A stretch of 64,000 bases of DNA from Schizochytrium sp. TIO01 (GCA_004764695.1 SMSO01000032.1:5860483-5924482); one strand, 5' to 3'. Shown: positions 40,798 to 51,389, numbered from the stretch's first letter. Numbers and translations are program-made. The notes: generated by a model not told the origin, from the sequence alone.

Positions 40798-42243
40798 TTA
40801 TTCACTTCTTTTCATACGGAAAAGGGATTGTCTACCTCCAGGCAAGTCTACAAATGCTTTATTAACAAGTACAAAAGAACCTGGTTGGAAGTTTTCATTT
40901 TCTTTATATTTCCCATAGAAATTTGTAAATGCTGTCTGAACACGATCTCGAAGCGTCTTGGATCCATCTTTGATTTGTTCACGATCCTTTCCACAAATTT
41001 CTTTTCTGCATTTTTTCAGATCATCAATTGATGCAAACGCTGGAAATGTTTCAGGTCCGGTATTATCAAGTATACGTTCATAAGTTTCTTGCTCAGTCTG
41101 GTTTTCTTCTATTTTCTGAAAAGATAGATTGTAGTCCTTAGCAAGCTGATTTGAAGTTAATTCACCACTAAGAAGCTTATGAATTCCTTTACTTACAGCT
41201 CTAGCACGTATGACTTTTTCTCCAGACAATTCAATATCCCAGTTCAGCTTATTGTGTGTATTATCCTTACCAGTATACCATTTTAATATGGTATATTCGG
41301 AAGGAAAAAATACTTCACCCGTATCCCAAATTAATTTTGTATCACCTTCTCCGTCTGGATTATTTAATACATCATGTTTGAATTTGTTAACAGCTTCTTT
41401 ATAAGCATCTTCATTAATTCCAGAGAGTTCAAGAAACCCTTTTTCTGATTTTTCAATGGTGTCTGTTATCGATAATCCAGTTTTATTTGAAAATAGGGTC
41501 TTACTGTCTTGCTCGGTATCACACCAGTATAGAAATGATAACCCATACACCTTATCATGTAATCCTAACAAAAAGTTCATATAAAACTCCCAATCATCAT
41601 CAATCATTGGAAAGCCATCTTTTTCCGGGACGTCATGCTTACCATCAAGTTTGTTAAGAAGATCTATCACTGCAACACTTGTAATACCTGAAGCTTTTAA
41701 TTCTCCGAATGTGGTTTTTTTATAGCGTCCATCTTCTGCATAAGCACCAAATCCAAAAGGTACACGAATGAGTGCCGTTGCCATATCTGATTTTGGAATC
41801 TTTGCATTGGAATCAATCTCCTCGTGAGATTCACTTGCATCTTGATGTTCATGTGCGTGCGGATTATCATACTCTCCGTGAGCTTCACCGGATTTCTTAG
41901 AATGGTCTTGATCGCCAAAGGAATTATGTTCAAATAAATCGACAGGAATTTCATGTAATAATTCCCCTAATTCATCGTCATTCGATTCACCATCACCAAA
42001 CATACTCACATCAACGCTAACGGTGTCATCATTCTTATTATTATCAACATTATGATTGTTAACTTCAAAATCTGTTTTTGGCATGTTTTCATTTCCCCAA
42101 AATAGGTCCATATCTGGTCCATCATTCTTAGAGCTAATTTCGGGAATATTAGCTCTATCTTCCGGATTATTGTTCATTAATTCCTTAAGCTTTTTGTTGC
42201 CGAGAATGCTAATAAGAATATTTTCCAAATTATAGACTGTCAT
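40798..42243 (-). CDS. Hypothetical acidic protein in an AT-rich gene
   Basis: 481-aa ATG ORF; N-terminal motif shared with ORF 42328-43608. Confidence 0.8.
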   Translation of the reverse strand: MTVYNLENILISILGNKKLKELMNNNPEDRANIPEISSKNDGPDMDLFWGNENMPKTDFEVNNHNVDNNKNDDTVSVDVSMFGDGESNDDELGELLHEIPVDLFEHNSFGDQDHSKKSGEAHGEYDNPHAHEHQDASESHEEIDSNAKIPKSDMATALIRVPFGFGAYAEDGRYKKTTFGELKASGITSVAVIDLLNKLDGKHDVPEKDGFPMIDDDWEFYMNFLLGLHDKVYGLSFLYWCDTEQDSKTLFSNKTGLSITDTIEKSEKGFLELSGINEDAYKEAVNKFKHDVLNNPDGEGDTKLIWDTGEVFFPSEYTILKWYTGKDNTHNKLNWDIELSGEKVIRARAVSKGIHKLLSGELTSNQLAKDYNLSFQKIEENQTEQETYERILDNTGPETFPAFASIDDLKKCRKEICGKDREQIKDGSKTLRDRVQTAFTNFYGKYKENENFQPGSFVLVNKAFVDLPGGRQSLFRMKRSE

Positions 42244-42327
42244 TCTCTTTTTCTACTTCAAGGATTTATAACGTGAACAAAGCAAGTTATTTCAGTATTA
42301 GAATTAAGGTTTTCAAATATACTTATA

Positions 42328-43608
42328 TCATTCAGTAGACCAATCATTTTCATCATCAGAGACTCCTTGCACTTCTACACGGCGTTTAATGGTCGAAAAT
42401 TTTCCTCGTATATCGTTAAGGGTCTTCATTAAATCACGAATATTTTCATTATTTTGGGATATACTGGTCAATATCTGTGCGTTTGCCTTATGAAATGGAC
42501 TAGGCTGATTTCCTGGTTTCCTTTTAAATTCAGCTACGGCGTTCATAATTTCAATAGCATCGTTTCTCACGCTATTATAACGAGTATCGTTAGTAATTTT
42601 TTTAATTTTTCCATATACGTCCTTACGCGCTTTCTTATCAGATTCAATTTGTTTTAGCTGCTCAGAAAAGTCATTAACCCAACCCGTAATAGTTTTTACT
42701 TTATCTTGCAGATATGTATTAATTTGATCTAGGTCCATCCCTTCCAATACGTCTTTTTTTCCAATTACAGGTACTTTATTTATCATACCTCCCAATAACC
42801 CCTGATTACTTCCTTGATTACTTCCTTGATTAGTTTCTTGATTAGGTTCTCCGGCTGGTTTTAATCCTTTTTTACGAGCTATCAACTGATGCACAAGTGA
42901 TCCCTCACCAGATCCACCAATATTATTTATCTTAGAACCGATAGTACCAGCATTTGGACCCGTAGCATCAAATTTACCTGTACGAACAGGTTTATTTAGC
43001 GTGTCAAGATCTGTATTTTTTATACCACCTAAGAAGGGTAGCTGTGGTTTCCCTACATTTGGATTTCTAACAGCAGGTTCATTGGACTTGATGCCAGCCT
43101 CTGGATTTGTAACAGCCTGTGGTTGTTCAAATTCATGTTCATTTGTAACCTCATCTTTACCTGAACCACCAGGTTTATTTTGCGGATTATTATCATTCGC
43201 CACACGTTTGGGTACGTGTCCACCTGCTCTCTTATTAAGCATATTGTTCAGGTCTCTAAATGGATCTTTTGAGTTGGCATTTTCTCCTTGGTTGGCATTT
43301 TCTCCTTGGTTGGCATTTTGATTAGTCTTGGGTACCGTATTCCCATATCGTGTCCTTGTCGCACCGAAAGACATACCGTCTAGGTGTTGCGTAGATTGTT
43401 CTTCTGGTGTCGACTGTTGTGTCAGTCTCTGTCGTCGTGGTGGCATCGGTGGAGGTATGTTATTCTGTGCTTTCGGGTCACCAGGTTGTCGAGTAGGTAC
43501 TGTTTCCGCAGGTCTTCCCTGCAAGATTTGAATATAGTTATCTTCATCTCCGGCGATTTGTCGTAAGATATCGATAAGCTTGTAATATTTCATACTGTTT
43601 CTATTCAA
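42328..43608 (-). CDS. Candidate WASP/VCA-like actin nucleation-promoting factor (ATG at 43593)
   Basis: PPPMPPRR; WH2/C-like segments DLNNMLNKR, PFLGGIKNTDLDTLNKP, SLVHQLIARKKGLKP; acidic Trp C-terminus SDDENDWSTE. Confidence 0.5.
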   Translation of the reverse strand: MNRNSMKYYKLIDILRQIAGDEDNYIQILQGRPAETVPTRQPGDPKAQNNIPPPMPPRRQRLTQQSTPEEQSTQHLDGMSFGATRTRYGNTVPKTNQNANQGENANQGENANSKDPFRDLNNMLNKRAGGHVPKRVANDNNPQNKPGGSGKDEVTNEHEFEQPQAVTNPEAGIKSNEPAVRNPNVGKPQLPFLGGIKNTDLDTLNKPVRTGKFDATGPNAGTIGSKINNIGGSGEGSLVHQLIARKKGLKPAGEPNQETNQGSNQGSNQGLLGGMINKVPVIGKKDVLEGMDLDQINTYLQDKVKTITGWVNDFSEQLKQIESDKKARKDVYGKIKKITNDTRYNSVRNDAIEIMNAVAEFKRKPGNQPSPFHKANAQILTSISQNNENIRDLMKTLNDIRGKFSTIKRRVEVQGVSDDENDWSTE

Positions 43609-43629
43609 GGTATGGATTAAACATTTTAC

Positions 43630-44988
43630 TTATAGAAAGGTAGATTTAAGTTCAGGTCTAAGAACACCCAAGTTATCCATGAGAACTCGCATTAGATTAT
43701 GAATAATGCTGTTGCCTGTTTGCCGCGTAAGATCGATCATGTTTCCAGTTTGGTATTTTGGAAGCAAACCATTGGTTCGTGTCATCATGATATATGCCAC
43801 ATATTGTGCGAAATAAGTAATAAATCCATCATCTGAAATACAGTGGAGGAAAATACTGACTCCATTTGACCAAACGGTGTGAGCTTTCTTTAGACTAGGT
43901 GTAATCATAAGTTTGATATCCTCGATTGCCGTTGCCCATCCACTCAATAATGCGTCTGTAAACTCATATCGTAGTGTAGTTCTGATACGATCATGAAGAG
44001 TGACAGTTCTGCAACCGTGTACTAGAATGAGACTCGTAAAATCCTTACCTAAGGATCCAGCCACAAGCTTGACAAAGTACAACTCGCGATCAGAGTCAGT
44101 ATACCGCTGAATTACATAATTAACAGTCTCTCCGGGTACGCACCTATCAGCTTCGCATGTACATTCACAAATGCAATCTTGGCTGCGTCTTTGTGCGTAT
44201 TTTTTTCGTTTTTTGGGTACATGTGGAACTTGGAATTCATGTGAACCTTTCTCATGACCTACACGTGACCCCTTATCATCATGCCGCTTCCTTTGGAACA
44301 TTAATAGATCACGACCATTTGAATGTGTGGGTTGTATACTAACTTGAGTGTTACTTGATCCAAACCTTTCATTTGAATCATCTGATAGAAATTTATCAAT
44401 GGTTCCATCAGAGCTGACACTAGCTACATCTGGACCGACATTCATGGGTACATGCGCTTTCTGCAGAATTGTACCTTGAGATTGTGTGCTATCAAATGAT
44501 TTCCCCAAACTGATTGGTGTCGATGCTGCTGCTGGCGTATGTCTGGAGTGCCGTGAGGCACTTGTGGGGCGTGTAGTTGTGCTATATTGACTGATTGTGG
44601 CCTGCCTGGTCTGATTAGTATTAGTATAATAACTTTGGCCATCAGTATACTCATTATCAAGACCGTCAAGCGGAGAGGTCGGATCAGAATGGCTCACTGA
44701 GACTCCGTTTTCAGAATCCTCTTCTTCATGAACCACCGATAGAGGTGTTCTAGTAAATTGAGGTTCTTGGCGAGTACGCACAGATTCTGCAGCAGCTTCC
44801 TCCCTTGTTTGGAACATAGTCTGATCGTTTGATTTCGCGTCAGTATTACCATGAACCGAACCTATGTGCGATTGATAAGCTTCGGTACGATCTGAGTTTT
44901 CTGTTCTACCAGAAACACCCGTTGTATGAGTTGCGACTGATCCGGGTCCTTTTGGGATTCCCCAATTCATATTTGTTAGATTATTCAT
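43630..44988 (-). CDS. Hypothetical protein: S/T-rich disordered N-half, CxCxCxC cluster, helical C-domain
   Basis: 452-aa ATG ORF; DCICECTCEADRC. Confidence 0.8.
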   Translation of the reverse strand: MNNLTNMNWGIPKGPGSVATHTTGVSGRTENSDRTEAYQSHIGSVHGNTDAKSNDQTMFQTREEAAAESVRTRQEPQFTRTPLSVVHEEEDSENGVSVSHSDPTSPLDGLDNEYTDGQSYYTNTNQTRQATISQYSTTTRPTSASRHSRHTPAAASTPISLGKSFDSTQSQGTILQKAHVPMNVGPDVASVSSDGTIDKFLSDDSNERFGSSNTQVSIQPTHSNGRDLLMFQRKRHDDKGSRVGHEKGSHEFQVPHVPKKRKKYAQRRSQDCICECTCEADRCVPGETVNYVIQRYTDSDRELYFVKLVAGSLGKDFTSLILVHGCRTVTLHDRIRTTLRYEFTDALLSGWATAIEDIKLMITPSLKKAHTVWSNGVSIFLHCISDDGFITYFAQYVAYIMMTRTNGLLPKYQTGNMIDLTRQTGNSIIHNLMRVLMDNLGVLRPELKSTFL

Positions 44989-47900
44989 CTCTATCTATTT
45001 TTCTGCGTTTCGTAGCCGTCATATAAAAATCTTGCGCAAAGACACTTTCTGGTGTCATCGCTTTGAGTTGATTGATTTTTTCATACATAGTTGAAAGTTG
45101 CTGATTCAAGGCATTAACCCTTTCCCTGGACACGGAGAGTAGGGATAACTGAAGAAACTGGGAACGAAGGTCTATTGGAATACCCAAGGTCGACTCCATA
45201 AAGGCTTCTATGGACTCGCGGGGTAATCTGATGTCAAGGGAACCTTTTACAATAGCTGCCAGAAACGCACATTTGTGTTCTGTATGAGTAATCTCTTTTC
45301 CGAGCTGACCTACATCATAAGCGAGTCGCTTTTCAATATACTCTAAACGGAGCTTCATCCAGTAGCGGATAATTGCTGCTGGTGTTTCGAAAGTCACAAC
45401 ATGACCATTTCTATCAAGGAGGTTCATATTTTTCTTGGACACTTGTGTTGTAAGTTTGAATAACTTTAGGAGATCCGCATCATCAGTCGGCCATTTCTCA
45501 CCGGGATAGAGTATGAATTCGGGCGAGTTCTCGTCGCGATGATTCACTTCAAATCTCTTCAAAGTCTTTGACTCAACTAATGAAGTAAGAACTGTGTCTT
45601 TGTACCGATCGATTGCAACACCAATAGGAAGTTCTGTAATGACATAATGTCCACCTTGTTTTGAAACGGAGCCTTGAAAGAACCAATTTATATCATCCTC
45701 CGTGGTCAGGTTGTTCGCAGAGTACCCTTTGTACCATGGAAGCAAGGGACTTAGACATGCATCATCCTGGTGCGGGTTCGCAATGAGTTCACTGATAACC
45801 TTTTCTAAATCTTCAACCTTGAAACACGGGACGGTTGTGCGGTATCCTGTTGCAATACCCGCTGCTCCATTAACCAAAACCATGGGCAATTTGGGAACAT
45901 AAAACTGAGGTTCGACAACCATATTTTCATCAATGTTGTTTGTAAGAATAGGAAAGTCACCTGAATCAAACACTCGAGTGGCAGCTTCTGTCAAGCGAGT
46001 GTGAATGTAACGTGGAGATGCTGTATCTTGACCGGACATGAGTCGGGACCCAAAAGCACCATCCGGCTGCAAGAGGTTCATATTGTTGCTTCCAGGGTAG
46101 TCTTGAGCCATACGAATAATGGCCTGTTGAAGGGCCACTTCACCGTGGACATAGTTAGACTCGGACGCTACGTACGCAGCAAGTTGGGCGACCTTAAAGG
46201 GTAGGTTCCGGTTTTTACTAAACTTGAGAAAACTTCCGTACAGAATTTTTCGCTGACACACCTTGAGACCATCAATCGCTGAAGGAATTGCACGCCGAAA
46301 TGTGTAAAGGGAGTAACTCTTCATTTCCGTCTCTACAAAGTCAGCAATAGGTACTTCTTTGGCGTGAACATCATAACTTGGCATTGAAATCCCGCCCTCG
46401 CCAGTGCTGATTTGACAGAGCCATTCCTTACGCCATGCAGCACGAGTGGGATCAAAAATATTAGCCAGGAGTGGTGATACCTTATCCGATCCACAAAGCA
46501 TCTTTAGATGTGTAGCTTTCATGTCTTTAAAGTAAGACACAGTATCTGAACGTAGGGAAGTACCCAAGCCCTTAAGATGCTGAACATGGAATCTCTTCAT
46601 AACAGATTCACCCTTTTCGCTGACAAAATGATCGTAATCCCGAGGTGTGTAAAATGCTCGAGGTTTAACATCACCAGGGCCTTTGGCGAGAATCGCTGGC
46701 GTAATGAATCGGAACAAGAACCCTTTCGAACGGATGAGAGCCGGCCAGAACTTATCAATGAAATTGATAATAAGACCCGAAATATGCCCGGTCCCATCCA
46801 CATCTGCATCTGTGAGGATACACATCTTTCCGTACCGAAGAGTCTTGCGTTCCTCGGCCGTTGCGTAGCTCTTCCCAAAGTTCAGACCCAGAATTTGCAT
46901 CAAGTTGCACACTTCCTTGTTTTCACGAAGTTGTTTAGGGCTTGCACCACGGACATTTAAAAGTTTTCCACGAAGTGGGAAAACGCCGTAGTACTTTCGG
47001 CCAATCACACTCATACCGATACTTACAAATGTCTTGGCCGAGTCTCCCTCGACAAGGAAAAGCATTGCGGCATCGCTAGCAGCTGTACCGGCAGCATGTG
47101 CATCATCTAACTTTTCAATTCGAAGATTGCGCACCTTACCCTTGCTGTTCAAGGCAGACTTGACACCATTCAGAGCCTTTTCGCTCAAACTTGTTTCAAG
47201 CAATTCGAGTAAACCCGAGCTCTTGGCCATGCGCAAAACTTTGTCGTCATCAATCTTCATCATGGCCGCAACGGGAGACATAAGTGTTGTCTTGGTCTGG
47301 GACGGGAAGATCGGGTTTTTCATGCGTAAGTTCACAAACACGTGGAGCTTACTTTCAATAAAGTTGCGACTGAGTCTTGCTTGAGTATTCGACCCATACT
47401 TCTTGCTCAGATAGTTGGACAGCGCACTAACTACACGATTCGTAACGTGTCGAGTATGCGTACTCGTGGGGTTCTTCGTTTCAAGGTTGTTCACAAAGGA
47501 GCAATGTTCAAAACTTCCAGTCTTGGACATACCAACAGCATACTGGAATTCTACACTACTATCATTGGTACCTTCACCCTCTTGATACATGAACTTGCCA
47601 ATATCAAACATACCAACGAATGCCTTGAATGAGTTCACATTCACACGCTCGTTGTTCAGGCAGATTTTCACCTGTCTAGACTTCATGATAGCACTAACGC
47701 ACATCAAACGGGTACGAATCTGATCAAAGATGTTTTGATCGATCTTCTGACCACCAAAAAGCTTCGCACAAGGTTGGAACAGAACGCTAGTGATAGCATT
47801 CTTGGGGGGAGCCTTCTTGCGAGACGTGACTTTCACATTTTCTTTGACGCTCATGTTATTGGTCCAACGCTGAACGAGGTATCGATTCGTCACAGGGTCG

Positions 47901-48394
47901 AAACAACGCACTTCCATCATATCAGACATGATGTTGGTCAGCTTCACGCCAAGACCGTGCATACCTGTTCCTTCACGATTCGCATTGAAGTTCGACCCAG
48001 ACATCGGCTCACCAAAAATCACAACGGGAACCCAGTCGCTTAGCGACTCGTTGAAAACTCTCTGCTCAACTTCAATATGCTTTCCGTTGTTGGTCACAAG
48101 AACAGTGTTCTTTTCAAGATCAACACTCACACGAATCACGTCACACGGCGGATCCCGGAGGCAATTATCAACAGCATTATCAATGACTTCGTTGATAATT
48201 TTCAGGAGACCTTCATTCTGGGGAACCTCTTGATGAAGCTCTATGATGTTCCTCGTGGAATCATGCAGGTAAGCTGGACTAGAGACAGTTTCCGTGCCAC
48301 CAACGTACATACCAGGGTTCATAAGAACATGCTCTTGGGTACTCAACAGCCTGTACTGGCTGGTATCCTGCATCGGTGCTGGCGAGGTATTCAT
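44981..48394 (-). CDS. top2: DNA topoisomerase IIA
   Basis: EVIDNAVDN, GMHGLGVKLTN, EGDSA, PLRGKLLN, DADVDG, DGLK..QRK, catalytic SPRY. Confidence 0.97.
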   Translation of the reverse strand: MNTSPAPMQDTSQYRLLSTQEHVLMNPGMYVGGTETVSSPAYLHDSTRNIIELHQEVPQNEGLLKIINEVIDNAVDNCLRDPPCDVIRVSVDLEKNTVLVTNNGKHIEVEQRVFNESLSDWVPVVIFGEPMSGSNFNANREGTGMHGLGVKLTNIMSDMMEVRCFDPVTNRYLVQRWTNNMSVKENVKVTSRKKAPPKNAITSVLFQPCAKLFGGQKIDQNIFDQIRTRLMCVSAIMKSRQVKICLNNERVNVNSFKAFVGMFDIGKFMYQEGEGTNDSSVEFQYAVGMSKTGSFEHCSFVNNLETKNPTSTHTRHVTNRVVSALSNYLSKKYGSNTQARLSRNFIESKLHVFVNLRMKNPIFPSQTKTTLMSPVAAMMKIDDDKVLRMAKSSGLLELLETSLSEKALNGVKSALNSKGKVRNLRIEKLDDAHAAGTAASDAAMLFLVEGDSAKTFVSIGMSVIGRKYYGVFPLRGKLLNVRGASPKQLRENKEVCNLMQILGLNFGKSYATAEERKTLRYGKMCILTDADVDGTGHISGLIINFIDKFWPALIRSKGFLFRFITPAILAKGPGDVKPRAFYTPRDYDHFVSEKGESVMKRFHVQHLKGLGTSLRSDTVSYFKDMKATHLKMLCGSDKVSPLLANIFDPTRAAWRKEWLCQISTGEGGISMPSYDVHAKEVPIADFVETEMKSYSLYTFRRAIPSAIDGLKVCQRKILYGSFLKFSKNRNLPFKVAQLAAYVASESNYVHGEVALQQAIIRMAQDYPGSNNMNLLQPDGAFGSRLMSGQDTASPRYIHTRLTEAATRVFDSGDFPILTNNIDENMVVEPQFYVPKLPMVLVNGAAGIATGYRTTVPCFKVEDLEKVISELIANPHQDDACLSPLLPWYKGYSANNLTTEDDINWFFQGSVSKQGGHYVITELPIGVAIDRYKDTVLTSLVESKTLKRFEVNHRDENSPEFILYPGEKWPTDDADLLKLFKLTTQVSKKNMNLLDRNGHVVTFETPAAIIRYWMKLRLEYIEKRLAYDVGQLGKEITHTEHKCAFLAAIVKGSLDIRLPRESIEAFMESTLGIPIDLRSQFLQLSLLSVSRERVNALNQQLSTMYEKINQLKAMTPESVFAQDFYMTATKRRKIDRDE

Positions 48395-48794
48395 CGTAAA
48401 TGTTTAAAGACACGGCGAGTTCCGGGTTTACTTCTTCACCATGCCAATATTTTTGATAATTATTAAATTGGTTATAAATTATATCTGATCATAGTTGTTT
48501 ATTATTTGAGAAGGTTTGATACATCATTCTTCTCGAAGAATTGAAAAACACTATAGTTTTCAAAGTAATAGTAGCTATTAATTTTTCACACCGGGTCAAC
48601 CTTTCTCTAACCCCGAAAAGAATGTCTGAAGAAAGTTCCAGCGAGAGCAAATATCTTTGCAAACCCAAAGCTCCAGCTCATCAACCTATCAAAGAACGAG
48701 AAAGAATATCTTCATAATTACTAAGCCATTTTAAACAATCACTTGACAAGACAATGGAGACTTTGAATAATGGAAATTTCCTTTTTTTTATTTC

Positions 48795-49331
48795 TTACAT
48801 TTCATATGGCATTGTAATAGAGGCCTCAAAACGCTTGATCCACTTGTGCTTATGTGGTAATGCCAAAACCTTACCAGACCTTCTTCTAGAAGGCATCTTA
48901 ACGTTCCGATGTTTCATCTTACGCTTGGCTGTATTAACAAGAGATACAAAAGTTGCATTCTCTCGGGTATAAGGGTCAACACCAAAAGGTATTTCATTTC
49001 TCTCCTGTGCAATTTCACGATCCATACGTAAGTTTCGAAGAACGCGCATATCATCCACCTTAAGTAGACCTTGGCGAACGTAGTCTTCAATAATCCTATC
49101 TTGACCGTCTGATGTCATAACATTATCCGTGTAGTCACTATGATCCCTTGGTTCGTACAAGTTATCACTATTGTGTGTACTACGATTAAGGTGCTTTTCG
49201 TAAAGCTCCAACTTACGGAAGTCCCTATCAATAGTCGACATCTTCCTCGGGGTTTGTCTGGAATTATGCCGATCTCTATGCGAGGTTGTCATAACATAAT
49301 TCCCATTTCCAGGTGGACGGGGCCGAGACAT
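48795..49331 (-). CDS. Basic R-rich hypothetical protein
   Basis: 178-aa ATG ORF. Confidence 0.65.
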   Translation of the reverse strand: MSRPRPPGNGNYVMTTSHRDRHNSRQTPRKMSTIDRDFRKLELYEKHLNRSTHNSDNLYEPRDHSDYTDNVMTSDGQDRIIEDYVRQGLLKVDDMRVLRNLRMDREIAQERNEIPFGVDPYTRENATFVSLVNTAKRKMKHRNVKMPSRRRSGKVLALPHKHKWIKRFEASITMPYEM

Positions 49332-49423
49332 GATTACAAGTTTATGATCAAAGATTTCAACAGTCTACTTATGATTTAAATACTCTGGCTCTTTGAATAA
49401 AATTCCAATATAGTACTACTGTA

Positions 49424-49744
49424 GTTAAGGGTATATAAAATCTGTAGTAGTTGGAAAATCACAAGTAGCCCTGGGTCCCTACCCTCGGGTGCTGCGAATT
49501 TGAGGATTCCTGGATAGGAGTTAATATGGTGGGGGTAGAATAGACATGCGATTATTGATTTTGAAATCCCAAAAATTCAAATTCTCAACCCAAAACTCCA
49601 ACTCTCCCATATTAAAGTGACTTTTCTCCGCAGAAAATCTAGATAGAGACTCATGTACTTTTCAAAAAGGTATCGCTTTTATCGCTTTTATCGCTTTTAT
49701 CGCTTTTATTCGGGGGGTATAAACCGAGTTAAGAAATGACGGAA
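49424..49744 (+). repeat. Inverted repeat, left copy (about 320 bp)
   Basis: Reverse complement of 58432-58753 with about 21 differences by manual alignment (~93%); (TATCGCTTT)x4 at 49671-49706. Confidence 0.97.
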
Positions 49745-50063
49745 ATACTAACCCTTAATATGGAGACCTCGTATTTCGCATGTTACTATTAAGAATACTA
49801 AAAATCTCTATGATCTTATTGGGATAGATATAGCCCGCTTAATTTTATGTGGACTTACTCTTAGTTGAGTTGGTATATAGATTGAATACCAAAATGGTTC
49901 CATTCCTCCATACGTAAGATTATCATGAACCTTCGCTGTGAAGACGGACTATGTAAAACACAAATGATTAGGCCATTAACGGGGACATAGCCATTGGGCG
50001 ACAAGGATTAACGTTTAGAGTATCAAAAATAGTAAATTACTTTTGTATTTAAAGTGTTGTATT

Positions 50064-50369
50064 TCAATATTTGCCATAACATATCACAAGTGGGAGTAGA
50101 GAGGAAATAAAAACACCACCTGCAATGGCGATATACGTGCCAACAACTGATACACGTTGACAAACTGGATTTTCATCATCAAATTCATGACAAACGCTTC
50201 GCATAACGAGTCCTTGAATGACGAGTTGAAAACCTACCTCAGCAAGGATCGTTGCATCTATTGTGATTCTGATACGTTGTCTATAATTTGAATTCTCAGC
50301 TTCTTCTTCGTCGCTAGCTTCGAACCAATTTGCGAGTACATTCATGTTACCCAGTCGAGCCAAAACCAC
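50064..50369 (-). CDS. Small membrane protein with two hydrophobic segments
   Basis: ATILAEVGFQLVIQGLVM and VVGTYIAIAGGVFISSLLPLVI with a Cys pair in the loop. Confidence 0.6.
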   Translation of the reverse strand: MVLARLGNMNVLANWFEASDEEEAENSNYRQRIRITIDATILAEVGFQLVIQGLVMRSVCHEFDDENPVCQRVSVVGTYIAIAGGVFISSLLPLVICYGKY

Positions 50370-51384
50370 CGTCGCCCCGACTTGTTGTTTCGCTTGGAGC
50401 AGTGGTTATTTGTTGAATCTTTACAGACGAGTCGTGTGTGCGTGGAATCAGCTGACAAATTCGAGCAGGCAGTTCGAGGTCTGGTTTACTCTGATCAAAC
50501 TTGAACAATGCTATGATGAGGTTTCCTCTATAAGAAGTATCTATGACTCCAATGCTATTTGCTAACATATACCCTTTCTTCGCAAGAGAACTTCTGGCAA
50601 CAACCTCTAGGTAGTATCCCATCGGTGGAATAACTTGAATACCGGTGTCATAATAAATAAGTGACGGACCGTCCCGTTTCATCTCACTAATGACCGTTAG
50701 ATCAAATCCGGTATCACTTGCACGAACCTTGCTAGGAACTACAGCTTCGGAACTAGCCTTAAGAACCCTGATAATTCCACTAGGTGAAACATAGCGACAA
50801 TAATCACGATAGTTACTGTAGAAGGTACGCACACCAAAAGAAGGTTCCGTCATGACGTCACCGTAAAGACAAGAGAGGAAGTCCTGACCAACACAACCGG
50901 GAAATTGAATTAAGTCCGAGGTGTTAGATAATATTTCACCAGCGACACCAAAGAGCTTCTGAAAGTATTGATTGGGAAGATTACTCACAATGGGCATGCT
51001 CACCATTGAATTTTCCGTATCAATCTTCCCGGTCGCTTCAAAGAAGCCTCTCCAGAATTCGCGGGCCAGAGGATCCTCGTTGGTAAACGTTTCATAGCAA
51101 ACCCTATCAAGCAGCATAGAACGGGTAAGAGAAGAAAGTTCGGGTGAATATATATTCAACACGTAGGTGGAATTGTTATCACAATCAACATGTTTCATGA
51201 TCCTTGCTCGATTATTGTTGCCCACCTCCCTTTTAAAATACTCATTCATGATGAATCCATGAATATCGCGAAGACCTTCAAGCCGGTCATCGTCCATGGC
51301 AATCACGGTGATGACCTCGGCACTATAGTGTCCAGCACCGAACGTCCATCCTAGAAAGTATGAATTCAAATGGTGAACACTCAT
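50347..51384 (-). CDS. dut: dUTPase fused to an N-terminal LAGLIDADG-like domain
   Basis: ASDTGFDL, ARSSLAK, GVIDTSYRG, CQLI, RGDGGFGSTG; N-terminal YFLGWTFGAG and FWRGFFEATG. Confidence 0.9.
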   Translation of the reverse strand: MSVHHLNSYFLGWTFGAGHYSAEVITVIAMDDDRLEGLRDIHGFIMNEYFKREVGNNNRARIMKHVDCDNNSTYVLNIYSPELSSLTRSMLLDRVCYETFTNEDPLAREFWRGFFEATGKIDTENSMVSMPIVSNLPNQYFQKLFGVAGEILSNTSDLIQFPGCVGQDFLSCLYGDVMTEPSFGVRTFYSNYRDYCRYVSPSGIIRVLKASSEAVVPSKVRASDTGFDLTVISEMKRDGPSLIYYDTGIQVIPPMGYYLEVVARSSLAKKGYMLANSIGVIDTSYRGNLIIALFKFDQSKPDLELPARICQLIPRTHDSSVKIQQITTAPSETTSRGDGGFGSTG

Positions 51385-51389
51385 TTTGA

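Noticed and set aside
49855-49915. tRNA gene
   Set aside because: A-box to B-box spacing is about 10 nt too short and there is no acceptor or anticodon stem; no convincing tRNA seen in the window
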